Assembly (NCBI GenBank): GCA_963738855.1
Contig: CAVTYC010000003.1
Location: 214,241-278,240, forward strand
Reading direction: 5' to 3'
DNA: 64,000 nt
DNA from: an uncultured Acidobacteriaceae bacterium
GTDB lineage: Bacteria > Acidobacteriota > Terriglobia > Terriglobales > Acidobacteriaceae
The notes under the pieces were generated by a model that did no database searches, was not told the origin of the DNA, and worked only from the letters and a program-made list of their open reading frames with translations. Of the stretch, positions 1 to 11,747 are shown piece after piece. Every line of letters begins with the position of its first letter. Within the stretch, counting starts at the first letter, position 1. The position numbers and the translations under genes are program-made.

Positions 1-765
1 ACGCCGGTGGGCAAGGGGCAGCGTGGCTTGATTGTGGCTCCTCCGCGTACCGGTAAGACGATGCTGCTGCAGTCGATTGCGAACAGCATTACGTCGAACC
101 ATCCGGAGATTGTGCTGATCGTTCTGCTGATCGACGAGCGTCCGGAAGAAGTGACGGATATGCAGCGGTCGGTGAAGGGCGAAGTGATCTCGTCGACGTT
201 CGATGAGCCGGCGGCGCGTCACGTACAGGTCGCCGAGATGGTGATCGAGAAGGCGAAACGGCTGGTCGAGCATAAGCGCGACGTGGTGATTCTGCTGGAC
301 TCGATTACGCGTCTGGCGCGTGCTTACAACACGATCGTTCCGCCGAGCGGCAAGGTGCTCTCAGGCGGTGTGGACTCGAATGCTCTGCAGCGTCCGAAGC
401 GGTTCTTCGGTGCGGCCCGCAATATCGAGGAGGGTGGTTCGCTCACGATTATTGCTACTGCTCTCGTTGATACTGGTTCGCGTATGGACGAAGTTATCTT
501 CGAAGAGTTCAAGGGTACGGGCAACATGGAAGTGATCCTGGATCGCAAGCTTGTCGACAAGCGTGTGTTCCCGGCGATCGACATTCAGCGCTCCGGTACG
601 CGTAAGGAAGAGCTGTTGATCCCGAAGGAAGACCTGCAGCGGATCTGGATTCTGCGTAAGGTGCTGAATCCGCTTTCGCCAGTTGAAGCGATGGAACTGC
701 TGACGGATAAGCTGGCGAAGACGCGGAATAACTCGGAGTTCTTGCATAATATGAGCTCGATCTAG
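1..765 (+). CDS. rho: Transcription termination factor Rho (C-terminal part; 5' end outside window)
   Basis: [18 protein letters not shown]-loop, [35 protein letters not shown] motifs. Confidence 0.98.
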   Translation, partial: TPVGKGQRGLIVAPPRTGKTMLLQSIANSITSNHPEIVLIVLLIDERPEEVTDMQRSVKGEVISSTFDEPAARHVQVAEMVIEKAKRLVEHKRDVVILLDSITRLARAYNTIVPPSGKVLSGGVDSNALQRPKRFFGAARNIEEGGSLTIIATALVDTGSRMDEVIFEEFKGTGNMEVILDRKLVDKRVFPAIDIQRSGTRKEELLIPKEDLQRIWILRKVLNPLSPVEAMELLTDKLAKTRNNSEFLHNMSSI

Positions 766-807
766 GATCTCTTGAGATCATCGGGTCCGGGTGGTTCTGG
801 TCCGATG

Positions 808-847
808 AAAAGAGGCGCGGTCCCTATGGATTGCGCCTCTTTGTTTT
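808..847. terminator. Bidirectional intrinsic terminator between convergent rho and SDR gene
   Basis: AAAGAGGCGCGG-TCC...GGA-TTGCGCCTCTTT stem flanked by A and T runs. Confidence 0.8.
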
Positions 848-857
848 GCAGATGAGA

Positions 858-1607
858 TTAGCGGAAGCCGCCGGAGGCGTTGACGATCTCGCCGGTCAGC
901 CAGCCTGAGTCGTTAGAGGCGAAGAAGGCGACGATGGGTGCAATGTCGCTGGGTTGACCGATACGACCGAGCGGCGTCTCGGCCTCGCGCTTTTTTTGCA
1001 TATCTCCCCCTATCATGCCCACGGTGTGGGTACCTTCGGTTTCGGTGAGGCCGGGATTGACGGAGTTGACGCGAATCTTTCTAGGTGCGAGTTCCTTGGC
1101 CAGGACGCCGGTAATGGCGTCGACTGCGGCCTTGGTGGCCGTGTAGATGGCGCTGCCGGGAGGTGTATAGGACGAGACGGTTGAGCCAATGTTGATAATA
1201 CTTCCGCCTTGTTCGCCGAAGTGCTTTGCTGCTTCGCGGCTGACGAGAAGAAGGCCAAGGACGTTTGTGTTGAAGTGGCGGTGGAACTCCTCTTCGGTGA
1301 CTTGATCGAGTGTGCCGAATTTGAAGACACCAGCGTTGTTGACGAGAATGTCGAGCTGGCCGTAGGCCTTCTTCGTCTCAGTGAAGAGACGGTCGATGTC
1401 AGCGGCCTTAGCAACATCTGCCTGAATGGCTATCGCTTTGCCTCCGTTGGAGGTGATTTGGGTCACGACGTCTTCTGCACCTTTGCTGCTGGATGCATAA
1501 TTTATGACGACCGCGGCGCCTTCTTTGGCGAGTTCACGGGCTATGGCCGCACCGATGCCTTTGGAAGCTCCTGTGACGACGGCGACTTTACCTGTTAGCT
1601 TGCCCAT
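858..1607 (-). CDS. SDR family oxidoreductase (glucose 1-dehydrogenase/FabG-like)
   Basis: TGASKGIG, NNAG, YTATK motifs; start taken at MGKLTGK. Confidence 0.92.
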   Translation of the reverse strand: MGKLTGKVAVVTGASKGIGAAIARELAKEGAAVVINYASSSKGAEDVVTQITSNGGKAIAIQADVAKAADIDRLFTETKKAYGQLDILVNNAGVFKFGTLDQVTEEEFHRHFNTNVLGLLLVSREAAKHFGEQGGSIINIGSTVSSYTPPGSAIYTATKAAVDAITGVLAKELAPRKIRVNSVNPGLTETEGTHTVGMIGGDMQKKREAETPLGRIGQPSDIAPIVAFFASNDSGWLTGEIVNASGGFR

Positions 1608-1709
1608 TTCATTTCCCTCTGGATTTCTAGCTTCACGTTTAGATAAGCCTCTAGTTGATGAGGGAAGAAACAAAAGGATTCGTACAGCAGGTTTTGTTTT
1701 TTGGCGGTT

Positions 1710-2294
1710 CTATTTTGTTAGATATTTTTCAAGAACTTCGAGGAACTTAGCCAGCCATGCAGGGTGGGCGGGCCAGGCGGGGCCGGTAACGAGGTTGCCG
1801 TCGGCGATGGCGTCGGTGACTTCGAGGGAGACGAAGGTGGCGCCGGCTAGTTCGACCTCGGGGGCGCAGGCGGGGTAGGCGTTGACGCGCTTGCCGGAGA
1901 TGACGCGGGCGGCGGCCAGGAGTTGCGGGCCGTGACAAAGGGCAGCGATGGGCATGTCAGCTTCGGCGAAGTGGCGGATGATCTCGAGGACGCGTGGATT
2001 GAGGCGCAGGTACTCGGGTGCCCGACCGCCGGGGATGACGAGACCGCTGTAGTCCTGAAGGCGGATGTCGGCAAAGGTAGCGTTGAGGACGAAGTTGTGA
2101 CCGCGCTTCTCGGAGTAGGTCTGGTCGCCTTCGAAGTCGTGGATGGCGGTGCGGACGTACTGGCCGGCCTTCTTGTCGGGACAGACCGCGTGAACGACGT
2201 GGCCTACCATCTGCAGGGCCTGAAAGGGCACCATGACTTCGTAGTCTTCCACGTAGTCGCCGACTAGCATGAGCAGGTTTGCGGTCTTGGTCAC
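1710..2294 (-). CDS. DJ-1/PfpI family protein
   Basis: [26 protein letters not shown] nucleophile elbow. Confidence 0.92.
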   Translation of the reverse strand: MTKTANLLMLVGDYVEDYEVMVPFQALQMVGHVVHAVCPDKKAGQYVRTAIHDFEGDQTYSEKRGHNFVLNATFADIRLQDYSGLVIPGGRAPEYLRLNPRVLEIIRHFAEADMPIAALCHGPQLLAAARVISGKRVNAYPACAPEVELAGATFVSLEVTDAIADGNLVTGPAWPAHPAWLAKFLEVLEKYLTK

Positions 2295-2313
2295 GAGTTC
2301 GTCCTTTCGGATT

Positions 2314-2985
2314 TTAGTAGCCGTTGGCCATGAGGTATTGCTCGGTCAGGGTGAAGGTTTCGGAGGCTTGTTTTTGCCGGCGTTCGGCGTATTTGCCGAG
2401 GACGTCCACTTCGATGTTCAGGGGGGCGCCGGGGGTTAGGGTGCGGAGGCTGGTGGAGGCGTAGGTGTGGGGGATGATGGCGATGGAGACCTCATTACCC
2501 TGGATGGCGGCCACGGTGAGGCTGATGCCTTCGATGGTGATGGAGCCCTTTTCGACGACGTAGGGGGTGAGGGTGGTGGGGATGGTGAGGCGGAGGCGCC
2601 AGTCGGTGGTGCCGGGTTGGTCGGGGTGGAGAGGGTCGAGGGCGATAAGGGTTGCGGTGCCGTCGACGTGGCCCTGGACGACGTGGCCACCAAGGGGGGA
2701 GCCGGCGGGTGTGGGGAGCTCGAGGTTGACTACGGACTCGGGGTGAAGGTGCGAGAGCGTAGTGCGGGCGATGGTCTCGGCGGCGAGGTCGGCGGAGAAG
2801 CGTGGCGGGAAGGCGTTGGGCTCGATGTTGAGAGCGGTGAGACAGACTCCGCTGACGGCTACACTGTCGCCGGTGTTGAGACGGTTGATGAGCGCGGCTG
2901 GTGCGGCGATGGTGATGCGCGTCGCGCCTGCGGTGGAGGTAAGGCAGAGGAGCGTGCCGGTGGTTTCGACGAGGCCGGTGAACAT
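2314..2985 (-). CDS. ribE: Riboflavin synthase (alpha chain)
   Basis: Invariant MFTG N-terminus, [27 protein letters not shown]; next to ribD. Confidence 0.95.
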   Translation of the reverse strand: MFTGLVETTGTLLCLTSTAGATRITIAAPAALINRLNTGDSVAVSGVCLTALNIEPNAFPPRFSADLAAETIARTTLSHLHPESVVNLELPTPAGSPLGGHVVQGHVDGTATLIALDPLHPDQPGTTDWRLRLTIPTTLTPYVVEKGSITIEGISLTVAAIQGNEVSIAIIPHTYASTSLRTLTPGAPLNIEVDVLGKYAERRQKQASETFTLTEQYLMANGY

Positions 2986-3023
2986 AAATACAGGGTATAG
3001 GGAATAGGGAATCGGGTGTAGCG

Positions 3024-4226
3024 CTAAGGAACAGGTTGTGGCCAGGGGTTGTGGAGGTAGCCGGTGACGCAGGCGTCGGGGCCAAAGGTGGTGCGCGTGA
3101 TGCGGCGTAGGGATTGCTCGAAGAGGTAGGGCGAGGGGAAGCCTTCGGCGAAGGGGATGGCCTGGTCGCCAAGCTCGGTCTGGGCGTAGAAGAGCACGGC
3201 TTTGTCGACGAGGTTCTGGCGAAGGAAGGCTCCGTTGAGGTGGGAGCCGCACTCGAGCAGGACGCTAAGGATGTCGCGCTCGGCGAGGGCGGCGAGGACA
3301 GCGGGGAGGCTTAGGCGTCCGGCGTGGTCGGGGATGTGGTCGACTTCGACGCCGAGGGAGCCGAGGGAGGCGGCTTTTGCGGTCGGGGCGAGTTCGCCGC
3401 AGAGGATGAGGAGGTCGTTCTTTGCAGTGCGGACGAGCTGCGAGGTGATGGGGATGCGGAGGTGGGTGTCGAGGATGACTCGGAGTAGGGGGATGCGTCG
3501 GGGAAGGAGCTTGGGGTTGAGGAGGCCGATGCGGTCGGTGAGTTGGGGGTCGTCGGAGAGAACGGTGCCGATGCCGGTGAGGATAGCGTCGGAGGCGTGG
3601 CGGAGGAGTTGGACCTCGTAGCGGGCGGCTTCGCCAGTGAGCCAGTGGGGCTGGTTGGGGTAGCGGGTTGCTTGGGGTGGGGCTAGTTTGCCGTCGACGG
3701 AGAGGGCGGCTTTGAGGGTGACGAAAGGGGTGCGGGTCTGAATGAAGTGGGCGAAGGCTTCGTTGATGTCGCGCGCTTGTTGTTGCAAGGTGCCGACGGC
3801 GACTTCGATGTTGGCGGCGCGGAGTTTGGCGATACCCTGTCCGCTCACGAGCGGGTTGGGGTCGGTGGTGGCGATGACGCAGCGGGTGATGCCAGCGGCG
3901 ATGAGGGCGTCGGCGCACGGGCCGGTGCGGCCGTGGTGGCTGCAGGGCTCGAGGGTGACGTAGGCGGTGGCTCCTTTTGTCGAGAAGCCTCGCTCGGCGG
4001 CTTGCTTGAGGGCTACGATCTCGGCGTGGTCGTAGTTGTCGTAGAGGTGCGCGCCTTCGCCGATGATTTTTGGGGTGTCGTCTCCGGGGGCGGATCGCGT
4101 GAGGACGCAACCCACCTGAGGGTTGGGTGAGGCGAGGGCCACGGTCTCGGCAGCAAGCTTGAGGGCTCGCTGCATGAAGACCTTGTCTTGTGTAGCGGCA
4201 GCTGCGAGTTGGTGGGCCAAGGACAT
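3024..4226 (-). CDS. ribD: Bifunctional riboflavin deaminase/reductase RibD
   Basis: PNPQVGCV, HAE, TLEPCSHHGRTGPC, DAILTGIGTVLSDDP motifs. Confidence 0.96.
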   Translation of the reverse strand: MSLAHQLAAAATQDKVFMQRALKLAAETVALASPNPQVGCVLTRSAPGDDTPKIIGEGAHLYDNYDHAEIVALKQAAERGFSTKGATAYVTLEPCSHHGRTGPCADALIAAGITRCVIATTDPNPLVSGQGIAKLRAANIEVAVGTLQQQARDINEAFAHFIQTRTPFVTLKAALSVDGKLAPPQATRYPNQPHWLTGEAARYEVQLLRHASDAILTGIGTVLSDDPQLTDRIGLLNPKLLPRRIPLLRVILDTHLRIPITSQLVRTAKNDLLILCGELAPTAKAASLGSLGVEVDHIPDHAGRLSLPAVLAALAERDILSVLLECGSHLNGAFLRQNLVDKAVLFYAQTELGDQAIPFAEGFPSPYLFEQSLRRITRTTFGPDACVTGYLHNPWPQPVP

Positions 4227-4272
4227 GCTCTTCTGAGGATATAGTGGCTAAGGATCGCACTGAGGGAATGGC

Positions 4273-5403
4273 ATGACGCGCAGAGTGATTGTAGGGGTTG
4301 TCGCGGTGATAGTCCTGATTGCGGCGGGGGCGCTCATCTATTCGTGCGCGAGGCCGGTGGCTGCGCTGGTTTATTCGGGGACGGTGGAGACTCGGGAGAT
4401 TCAGATTGGCTCGAAGGTGGGCGGGCGGGTGACGAAGGTTGCGGTGGATGAGGGGCAGGCCGTGAAGGCGGGCGCTCTGCTGGTGGCGTTTGAGGTGGAC
4501 GAACTGAAGGCTCAGAGGGCTCAGGCGCAGGCGAAAGTAGAGCAGGCCCAGGCAGATATGGACCGGATGACGCGGGGATACAGGCCCGAGGAGATTGCAC
4601 AGGCGGAGGCTACGGCGCGGGAGCAGAGAGCTTTGTTCGACGCGGCCAGGGAGGGTCCGCGGAGACAGGAGATCGAGCAGGCGCAGGCGGACTATGCGGC
4701 GGCGAAGGCTGATGAGGCCAATGCGGAGGTGAGCTTCCAACGCATGCAGACGCTGGTGAGGGGCGATACGGTTTCGAAGCAGCAGTATGACGATGCGAAG
4801 TCGCGGAGAGATGGGACGGCGCAAAAGGCGGAGTCGGCACGGCAGCGGCTGGCGTTGTTACAGGCGGGCACACGCAAGGAGGACCTGCAGGCGGCTGAGG
4901 AGCGATATCGACAGGCGCAGGCGGCTGCCGACATGATGCAACGCGGCTACCGAAAAGAAGACGTGGCGGCAACGCGGGGGAGGCTGGCCGAGGCGAAGGC
5001 GATGGTGGATGAACTGGATGCACGGCTGAGGGAGGCTGAACTGAATGCTCCGGTGGAGGGAGTAGTGGAGGTGGTGAGCGTTCGACCAGGAGACCTGGTT
5101 CCTCCGGGGAGGATTGTGGTGACGATGCTGGAGACCTCGCAGCTTTGGGTGAAGGTGTATGTTCCGGAGACGGACCTGGCCGGTGTAAAGGTGGGGCAGA
5201 TGGCGACGGTGGAGGTGGATTCGTTTTCAGGGCGGCGGTTTGAAGGGCACGTGGAACAGATCTCTTCACAGGCGGAGTTTCTGCCGCGCAACGTGCAGAC
5301 CCGCGATGACCGGAGACATCAGGTCTTTGGGGTGAAGGTGAGAGTGGCGAATCCGGAAGGTGTACTGAAGTCGGGGATGTCGGCGACGGTGCGGCTGAGA
5401 TGA
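4273..5403 (+). CDS. HlyD-family membrane fusion protein (YbhG-like)
   Basis: N-terminal TM, lipoyl-like half motifs, long coiled coil, [10 protein letters not shown]. Confidence 0.9.
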   Translation: MTRRVIVGVVAVIVLIAAGALIYSCARPVAALVYSGTVETREIQIGSKVGGRVTKVAVDEGQAVKAGALLVAFEVDELKAQRAQAQAKVEQAQADMDRMTRGYRPEEIAQAEATAREQRALFDAAREGPRRQEIEQAQADYAAAKADEANAEVSFQRMQTLVRGDTVSKQQYDDAKSRRDGTAQKAESARQRLALLQAGTRKEDLQAAEERYRQAQAAADMMQRGYRKEDVAATRGRLAEAKAMVDELDARLREAELNAPVEGVVEVVSVRPGDLVPPGRIVVTMLETSQLWVKVYVPETDLAGVKVGQMATVEVDSFSGRRFEGHVEQISSQAEFLPRNVQTRDDRRHQVFGVKVRVANPEGVLKSGMSATVRLR

Positions 5404-6329
5404 CTCCGGTGATTACAGCGGAGGGACTGACGATACGGTTTGGAAATTTTACGGCCGTGAAGGATGTGAACTTTGCGGTGAACAAGGGGGAGTTGTTCGG
5501 GTTCCTGGGGCCGAATGGGTCAGGGAAGACGACGATCATCAAGGCTCTGTGCGGTCTGCTGGCTCCGACGGAGGGGACGGGCACGATTCTGGGTATGGAC
5601 ATTCGAAAGCATGGGCCGGAGATCAAGCGGCATGTCGGGTACATGTCGCAGAAGTTCGGGTTGTATGAGGACCTGACGGTGTCGGAGAACCTGGGGTTCT
5701 ATGCGGGTGTGTATGGGATCACCGGCCAGCAGGCGAAGCAACGGCGGGAGGAGATTCTGGCGCTGACCGGGATTGAGCCCTATCTGAACCGCAGGGTAAG
5801 TGCGCTTTCGGGAGGGTGGAAGCAGCGGCTGGCGCTGGGATGCGCGATTATCCATTCGCCGGAGGTGGTGTTTCTGGATGAGCCGACGGCGGGGATCGAT
5901 CCCGTGGCACGGCGGTCGCTTTGGGACCTGTTCTTCCAGCTGTCGGGGGAGGGGGTGACGTTCTTCGTGACGACGCACTACATGGATGAAGCAGAGCGGT
6001 GTGGCAGAGTGGGGTATATCTACATGTCGAAGCTGGTGGCGCTGGGATCGATTGAGGAGCTACAGCGGCTACCGGAGGCGAATCCGGTGGGGACTTCTCG
6101 GGTGCAGATCGAGACGGCGGGTGCTTCGACGATGCTGGGGCCGCTGCGTGCGATGAAGGGTGTGCGGGAGGCGACGATCTTCGGGCGGTCGATCCATGCG
6201 CTGGTCGAGACGGAGCAGATCGACGCGTTGCGGGCGCGGTTTCCTAGCGCGGAGATCAAGACGATCGTGCCTTCGCTTGAGGACGTATTTGTGACGCTGA
6301 CCTACCAGATCATGAAGGAGGCGACATGA
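5400..6329 (+). CDS. ABC transporter ATP-binding protein
   Basis: [30 protein letters not shown]. Confidence 0.95.
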   Translation: MTPVITAEGLTIRFGNFTAVKDVNFAVNKGELFGFLGPNGSGKTTIIKALCGLLAPTEGTGTILGMDIRKHGPEIKRHVGYMSQKFGLYEDLTVSENLGFYAGVYGITGQQAKQRREEILALTGIEPYLNRRVSALSGGWKQRLALGCAIIHSPEVVFLDEPTAGIDPVARRSLWDLFFQLSGEGVTFFVTTHYMDEAERCGRVGYIYMSKLVALGSIEELQRLPEANPVGTSRVQIETAGASTMLGPLRAMKGVREATIFGRSIHALVETEQIDALRARFPSAEIKTIVPSLEDVFVTLTYQIMKEAT

Positions 6330-7459
6330 AGAGCGACGGGTTGTTCTACGGGCTTTGGCCGGTATGCCGGAAGGAGTTCACGCATATTGTGCGCGATCCG
6401 GGAACGCTCTTCTTTGCGCTGCTGATACCGCTGTTGCAGATGCTGCTGCTGGGGTATGCGGTGGACACGAACGTGCGACAGATTCCGACGGCGGTGCTGA
6501 ACGAATCGCAGACACAGGAGAGCCGGCAGCTGCTGGATCGGATGGCGGCTTCGGATGTGTTCCGGATGGTGATGACGGTGGAGTCGGAGCAGGAGTTGTA
6601 TGCGGCGATGCGTTCGGGGAGGGCGCGGGTCGGGATCAGGATTCCGTATGACTATGCGCGGCGATTGCAGGATGGGACGACGGCGTCGGTGCTGGTGCTG
6701 GTGGATGGGTCGGAGTCGTCGGCCGCTGGGCAGGCGGTGAGCGCGGCGACGGGTGTGGCGCTGGAGCAGTCGCTGGAGCGGCTGGTGGGCGGTGGACAGA
6801 TGCCGATCGAGATGCGGCCTTCGGTGCTTTACAACCCGGCGACTCGGTCGGCAAACTTCTTTGTACCGGGATTGATCGGGATTCTGCTGCAGATGATGAC
6901 GATCCTGCTGATTGCGCTGAGCCTGGTGCGGGAGCGGGAGCGGGGGACGCTGGAGCAGCTGACGATGACTCCAGTGAGGCCGCTGGGCCTGATGGTCGGA
7001 AAGATGATTCCGTATGGAGTGCTGGCGTTCGGAGAGCTGTGCGTGATCCTGACGATCATGCGGGTGATCTTTCTGGTGCCGATCCATGGGAACGTCTTTG
7101 TGCTGCTGGCGATGGCGGTGCCGTTTCTTCTGACGACCCTTGGCGTGGGCCTCGTGATCTCGACCAAGGCGAAGACGCAGGCAGAGGCTTTTCAACTGTC
7201 GATGGGAACGGTGCTTCCTTCGGTGTTTCTCTCCGGGTATATCTTCCTGATCGATACAATGCCGGCGTTTTTTCGCGGAGTGAGCCGCCTTGTTCCGGCG
7301 ACGTACTTCATTGCGATTCTGCGTGGAATTATTCTGCGCGGGGCGGGATTTCGCGATCTTTGGGTGAATGCGCTGGTGCTTACGGGGATGGGGTGCCTGG
7401 CGATTCTGATAGCTGCTCGGCAGTTTGTCAGGCAGAACCGAGCTAGTGGAGGCGCTTAG
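6326..7459 (+). CDS. ABC-2 type permease (YbhR/YbhS-like)
   Basis: [20 protein letters not shown], multiple TMs; ATGA overlap with the ATPase. Confidence 0.92.
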   Translation: MKSDGLFYGLWPVCRKEFTHIVRDPGTLFFALLIPLLQMLLLGYAVDTNVRQIPTAVLNESQTQESRQLLDRMAASDVFRMVMTVESEQELYAAMRSGRARVGIRIPYDYARRLQDGTTASVLVLVDGSESSAAGQAVSAATGVALEQSLERLVGGGQMPIEMRPSVLYNPATRSANFFVPGLIGILLQMMTILLIALSLVRERERGTLEQLTMTPVRPLGLMVGKMIPYGVLAFGELCVILTIMRVIFLVPIHGNVFVLLAMAVPFLLTTLGVGLVISTKAKTQAEAFQLSMGTVLPSVFLSGYIFLIDTMPAFFRGVSRLVPATYFIAILRGIILRGAGFRDLWVNALVLTGMGCLAILIAARQFVRQNRASGGA

Positions 7460-8457
7460 TCGAGGAGGGAGTCGATGAAGGTTTCGCTGTCGAAGGGGAT
7501 GAGGTCTTCGATTTTTTCGCCTACTCCGGCATAGATGACGGGGAGTTTGAGTTCGGTGGCGATAGCAAGGACGATGCCGCCCTTTGCCGTGCCGTCGAGC
7601 TTGGTGAGAACGATGCCGGTGACGCGGGCAGCTTCGGTGAAGAGGCGGGCTTGCTGGAGGCCATTTTGACCGGTGGTGGCGTCCATGACGAGGAAGGTTT
7701 GATGCGGGGCGCCGGGTACGAGCTTTTCTGCTGTCCGGCGCATCTTATCGAGCTCTTTCATGAGGTCGGATTTGGTATGAAGGCGTCCCGCGGTGTCGGC
7801 GATGAGGATGTCGGTGTTGCGGGCCTTGGCAGCGGTGCAGGCGTCATAGAGTGCGGCCGAGGGGTCTCCGCCTTGCTTGGTTTTGATGATGGGGACGTCG
7901 GAGCGTTGGGCCCAGACTTCGAGCTGCTCGATGGCGGCGGCGCGGAAGGTGTCGGCGGCGCAGAGGAGGACGCTCTTGTTCTGGTTGCGATAGAAGGCAG
8001 CCAGCTTCCCAGTGGTGGTGGTCTTGCCGGTGCCGTTGACTCCAACCATCAGGATGACTTCGGGTGGCGTGGCGGGGTGTTGGATCGGGTGGGCTACGTT
8101 GTCGAGAACTTGCTTCAGTTCCTGTTTGAGGAGTTGCTTGAGCTGGGCGCCGCTCTCGATGCCAGTGCGGAGGGCGCGCTGGCGGAGGTTCTCCATGATG
8201 ATGGCCGTGGTCGCGCTGCCGATGTCGGCGGCTAAGAGGAGCGGCTCGAGGCTGGTGAGGGAGGCTTCGTCGACTTCGCGGGTAAGGGCGATGACGGAGC
8301 TGATCGACTCGGAGAACGTCTCGCGGGTGCGGGTGACCGCCTGCTTCATCCGGTCGAAGAGGCCGCGGCGTGGCTCCTGCGCTTCGGGTACGGAGGTGGT
8401 GGGCTGGTCGGGTTGCTGGTCGGGCTTGTCGCGTTTGCCGAAGAGAGAGAAGGCCAT
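7456..8457 (-). CDS. ftsY: SRP receptor FtsY
   Basis: [32 protein letters not shown]. Confidence 0.97.
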   Translation of the reverse strand: MAFSLFGKRDKPDQQPDQPTTSVPEAQEPRRGLFDRMKQAVTRTRETFSESISSVIALTREVDEASLTSLEPLLLAADIGSATTAIIMENLRQRALRTGIESGAQLKQLLKQELKQVLDNVAHPIQHPATPPEVILMVGVNGTGKTTTTGKLAAFYRNQNKSVLLCAADTFRAAAIEQLEVWAQRSDVPIIKTKQGGDPSAALYDACTAAKARNTDILIADTAGRLHTKSDLMKELDKMRRTAEKLVPGAPHQTFLVMDATTGQNGLQQARLFTEAARVTGIVLTKLDGTAKGGIVLAIATELKLPVIYAGVGEKIEDLIPFDSETFIDSLLD

Positions 8458-8558
8458 GCTGCTTCTAGTTTATCGGATGAAGCCGCGCGATCGGTTCGTC
8501 ATGCGAGACTGGAGAGCGAGAAGTATGCCTCCGGCTTGCTAAACTCATCCAGAAGACA

Positions 8559-9170
8559 ATGAATCCCTGGTTCATCTCCATCCCGCTCGCTTATCTGCTG
8601 GGTTCGATCCCATTCGGCTACCTTCTCGTCAAAATCTTTCGAAAGCAGGATATCCGAGCCACGGGCAGCGGCAACATCGGGGCTACCAATGTCGCTCGCT
8701 CCGGAGCCAAGGGGCTTGGAGTTGCGACTCTCCTGCTCGATCTGGCGAAGGGCTATGTCGCGGTCGTGCTTGCGCAGTATCTATCGCCTGGGAACTACGA
8801 TCTGGCCGTAGGAGCTGGCGTGGCGGCTATTCTTGGCCACGTCTTTCCCGTCTGGCTTGCTTTCAAAGGGGGGAAGGGCGTTGCCACGGCGCTTGGAGTC
8901 TTTCTTGCCCTGACCTGGCCGAGCGCGCTCTGTACTTTGGGCGTCTTTGCCGTCGTCTTCCTGCTCACGCGTTACGTCTCGCTGGCCTCGATCATTGCCG
9001 CTGCGGCCTTTCCTCTCTTTGCCTTCTACTTCGTGCCGTACAGAACGCCGATCGTGATCGCGGGCTTTCTCTTTATCTCGCTGCTGGTCATCGTTAAGCA
9101 TCATCAGAATATTCGGCGGCTTCTTTCCGGTACCGAGAGCCGATTCGGCTCCCGCAAGGTGGCGGCTTGA
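8559..9170 (+). CDS. plsY: Glycerol-3-phosphate acyltransferase PlsY
   Basis: [37 protein letters not shown]. Confidence 0.96.
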   Translation: MNPWFISIPLAYLLGSIPFGYLLVKIFRKQDIRATGSGNIGATNVARSGAKGLGVATLLLDLAKGYVAVVLAQYLSPGNYDLAVGAGVAAILGHVFPVWLAFKGGKGVATALGVFLALTWPSALCTLGVFAVVFLLTRYVSLASIIAAAAFPLFAFYFVPYRTPIVIAGFLFISLLVIVKHHQNIRRLLSGTESRFGSRKVAA

Positions 9171-10159
9171 GCCGAATTGCTGTACTCGGAGCTGGAGCCT
9201 GGGGAACGGCTCTTGCGATCTCTCTTGCGCGCCGCGGGGGGCATGAGGTCGTGCTATGGTCCCACTCGTCAGCGCTTGCGGACCAGCTCACGGAAGCTGG
9301 CGAGAACCTTCTCTATCTGCCGGGCTTTACGCTTCCCGCCGACATCCACATCACTTCCGATCTTCCCGGGGCCATCTTCGAGGCGAACATCATCTTGTGC
9401 GTCACTCCCTCGCAGCACCTGCGCGGAGTGATTGCCCATATTGCGCCCATCCTTACAGCGGACCAGATCATTCTGTCGGCAAGCAAAGGCATTGAGGAGA
9501 CCACTTACCTCCGCATGTCGCAGGTCATCGGTTCCGTCACGGACAACCCAGTTGCCGTGCTCTCCGGGCCATCGTTCGCGCAGGAGGTCGCTGCGGGAAC
9601 CCCTACCGCCGTTGTCGCCGCAGCCGCCAGCCCCGAGATCTCGCAGACGATTCAGCGTGATTTCTCCTCCGGCTCCTTGCGGTTGTACACCAATGATGAC
9701 GTCACCGGCGTCGAGCTGGGCGGCGCGCTCAAGAACGTCATTGCTCTGGCGGCCGGCGTCGTCCATGGGCTGAACCTTGGCCACAACTCATCCGCAGCAC
9801 TCATCACGCGCGGCATTGCCGAAATCACGCGCCTTGCCGTTGCCTGCGGAGGGCGCCGTCAGACTCTGGCCGGACTCTCTGGGATCGGCGATCTCGTGCT
9901 CACCTGTACCGGACCACTCTCCCGCAACCGCACCGTGGGCGTTGAGTTGGGCCGAGGACGGCAGCTTTCGGAGATCATTGCCAGCCTGAACGGCAAAGTC
10001 GCAGAAGGGATTCGCAGCACGACCGCTGCGCTTGGCCTGGCTGCACGTTACAGCGTCGAGATGCCCATTACGGAGCAGATGGATGCGATCCTGCACCACG
10101 GCAAGAATCCACGCGAGGCTATTCGCGACCTGATGTCCCGCCCCGGTCGCGACGAATAG
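9167..10159 (+). CDS. gpsA: NAD(P)H-dependent glycerol-3-phosphate dehydrogenase
   Basis: [35 protein letters not shown]. Confidence 0.96.
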   Translation: MSRIAVLGAGAWGTALAISLARRGGHEVVLWSHSSALADQLTEAGENLLYLPGFTLPADIHITSDLPGAIFEANIILCVTPSQHLRGVIAHIAPILTADQIILSASKGIEETTYLRMSQVIGSVTDNPVAVLSGPSFAQEVAAGTPTAVVAAAASPEISQTIQRDFSSGSLRLYTNDDVTGVELGGALKNVIALAAGVVHGLNLGHNSSAALITRGIAEITRLAVACGGRRQTLAGLSGIGDLVLTCTGPLSRNRTVGVELGRGRQLSEIIASLNGKVAEGIRSTTAALGLAARYSVEMPITEQMDAILHHGKNPREAIRDLMSRPGRDE

Positions 10160-10217
10160 TACCAACCGACTCATCTTTCTTTACGCAGATGGTTGCATTG
10201 GGGACTAGCCTGTAACC

Positions 10218-10376
10218 ATGCATGAACACGATCATGAGCCCGATCACATCCCGCCACCCGACCTCCCGCGCCACAAACGCATCCTTGGCTTCAAGCCGCA
10301 TCACTTTATCGGGGGGCTCGTTCTAATCGCCATTCTGGTTATCTATCTCCTTCTGCTTGCCAAACGCGGTGTCTAA
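10218..10376 (+). CDS. Putative 52-aa single-pass membrane microprotein with His-rich N-terminus (not in ORF track)
   Basis: MHEHDHEPDHIPPPDLPRHKRILGFKPHHFIGGLVLIAILVIYLLLLAKRGV*; TAGCCT -10-like hexamer 6 nt before ATG; fills the intergenic gap. Confidence 0.65.
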   Translation: MHEHDHEPDHIPPPDLPRHKRILGFKPHHFIGGLVLIAILVIYLLLLAKRGV

Positions 10377-10401
10377 AACCGCTTGAGATTGAATCACTGC
10401 C

Positions 10402-10821
10402 TCATCCGAAGACTTGCTCTTCGATGACAGGAGGCTGTTGATCATAGTCGCTATACCTGATCCATCTCGGACGAACTACGAAGTAGACAAGCCCCGGCCA
10501 GCTCTGACGACTCGGCCCGTCCGGCCACTTTGCGAAGTAGATGTTCTTGTACTGCGTCAACGCCTCGTCTTTTGGCAGAAAGGCCTCTCCTTCAAGCTGA
10601 ACCGTCTGCTCGCCCTCCCATCCGATTGCGATAGACGCTCTTGAATCAGCCGTCAGGTTCCTGTACTTGCGCGTGGTCTTCAGGGTGTCGAAGATGACCT
10701 CCAGCTCTTCTGTGACTGCAATCCCTACCAGGGCAGACTGCGGTTCGCCAGCCGGTCCTACGCTGCCGACGACTGCCAGCTTCTGGGTGGCCATAAATCT
10801 GAAAAGTTCGGACTTCGTCAT
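10402..10821 (-). CDS. Pyridoxamine 5'-phosphate oxidase-like FMN-binding protein
   Basis: G-PQSALV, T-TRKYRNL, TVQLEGEA, RPRWIRYSD pattern. Confidence 0.8.
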   Translation of the reverse strand: MTKSELFRFMATQKLAVVGSVGPAGEPQSALVGIAVTEELEVIFDTLKTTRKYRNLTADSRASIAIGWEGEQTVQLEGEAFLPKDEALTQYKNIYFAKWPDGPSRQSWPGLVYFVVRPRWIRYSDYDQQPPVIEEQVFG

Positions 10822-11026
10822 GGCGCGCTACGATACACCCTGAATGCAATTGATCGCGAGTCCGATACGTTCGGCAAGTGACGAAAGGTGTGTCGTGGCA
10901 GAGAAAAACCGTATTGCAAACAGGATACTTACGACTCGAGTGAAGCCGTAACCTCAATCGGGACGAAGGCGATGGCCTCACCCGGTATCAAGTTGGGAAA
11001 TGCCCTGTTTCTTCACAATCTCACGC

Positions 11027-11055
11027 TTGACTCCATGTGAATTTCCCGTTATCTT
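11027..11055 (+). promoter_or_regulatory. Sigma70-like promoter
   Basis: TTGACT-17 nt-TATCTT. Confidence 0.6.
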
Positions 11056-11060
11056 TACAG

Positions 11061-11186
11061 AGTGGCAGGACTCCCTTCGGGTTGAGTCGGTCATAACGAA
11101 GTCCACCCACTTCGTTGCTTTACTGGAATACCCACGCAACAGCCCCCACCGCGCTGCGTGGGTTTCCACTTTAAGCTCCTTTTTTA
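11061..11186 (+). ncRNA. Candidate small RNA with three consecutive hairpins
   Basis: Downstream of promoter; stems GACTC/GAGTC with cTTCGg loop, AACGAAGT/ACTTCGTT, TGGAATACCCACGCA/TGCGTGGGTTTCCA; ends near a T run; no convincing ORF. Confidence 0.5.
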
Positions 11187-11681
11187 TCTGTGCGGCGAAT
11201 CCAGAACCGTACGTGCGGCCTCCGCTCCCAACACCGGCAGTTCATCGCCCGCTAGCAGACCGATCTGCTTCAGAACCGAAGCCTGATCCCAGTAAATATG
11301 TTCGTGCGCCAGTTTTCCGTCCCGGAACCGCACAATCGCCACCAGCGGTACCTCAACATGGCGGCCAGTTGGAGGGATACCCGGCAGAATCCAGGGCATA
11401 TCCACGGTATGGGTAAAGGAGATGACCATCTCATCGACCAGCTGGTCCTCCCCCACGGTGCGCGACACGTCCGTCAGGGTAAAGTCAGGCGGCATGCACG
11501 GGATAAAGTCCTTGCTGTAGAACGCCCGCAGTTCGCTCTTGCCTCTGCCGCCGGTCATCACCGGAACGTGGTTGACATACGCATCCGCGACCATCGTGGA
11601 CAGTGTGGCCTCCACATCAGGAGTCGCGAACTCATACTTCGTGTGCTCGTCCCAAAGTTTTTCGAGGTCATACCGTCTCAT
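11184..11681 (-). CDS. SnoaL-like/NTF2-family protein (ester cyclase family)
   Basis: YVNHVPVMTGG, SRTVG, LPGIPPTGR, HEHIYWDQASVL. Confidence 0.88.
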   Translation of the reverse strand: MRRYDLEKLWDEHTKYEFATPDVEATLSTMVADAYVNHVPVMTGGRGKSELRAFYSKDFIPCMPPDFTLTDVSRTVGEDQLVDEMVISFTHTVDMPWILPGIPPTGRHVEVPLVAIVRFRDGKLAHEHIYWDQASVLKQIGLLAGDELPVLGAEAARTVLDSPHR

Positions 11682-11712
11682 GCGGGCATTTTACGCCCCA
11701 TCCCGTGCCGAC

Positions 11713-11741
11713 TTGACGCGCCAGCCGAAACCCTTTAACCT
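11713..11741 (+). promoter_or_regulatory. Sigma70-like promoter positioned for a leaderless transcript
   Basis: TTGACG-17 nt-TAACCT, then 6 nt, then ATG at 11748. Confidence 0.7.
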
Positions 11742-11747
11742 TTCCCC

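Noticed and set aside
4227-4272. FMN riboswitch upstream of ribD
   Set aside because: The divergent intergenic gap is only 46 bp and shows no RFN motif.
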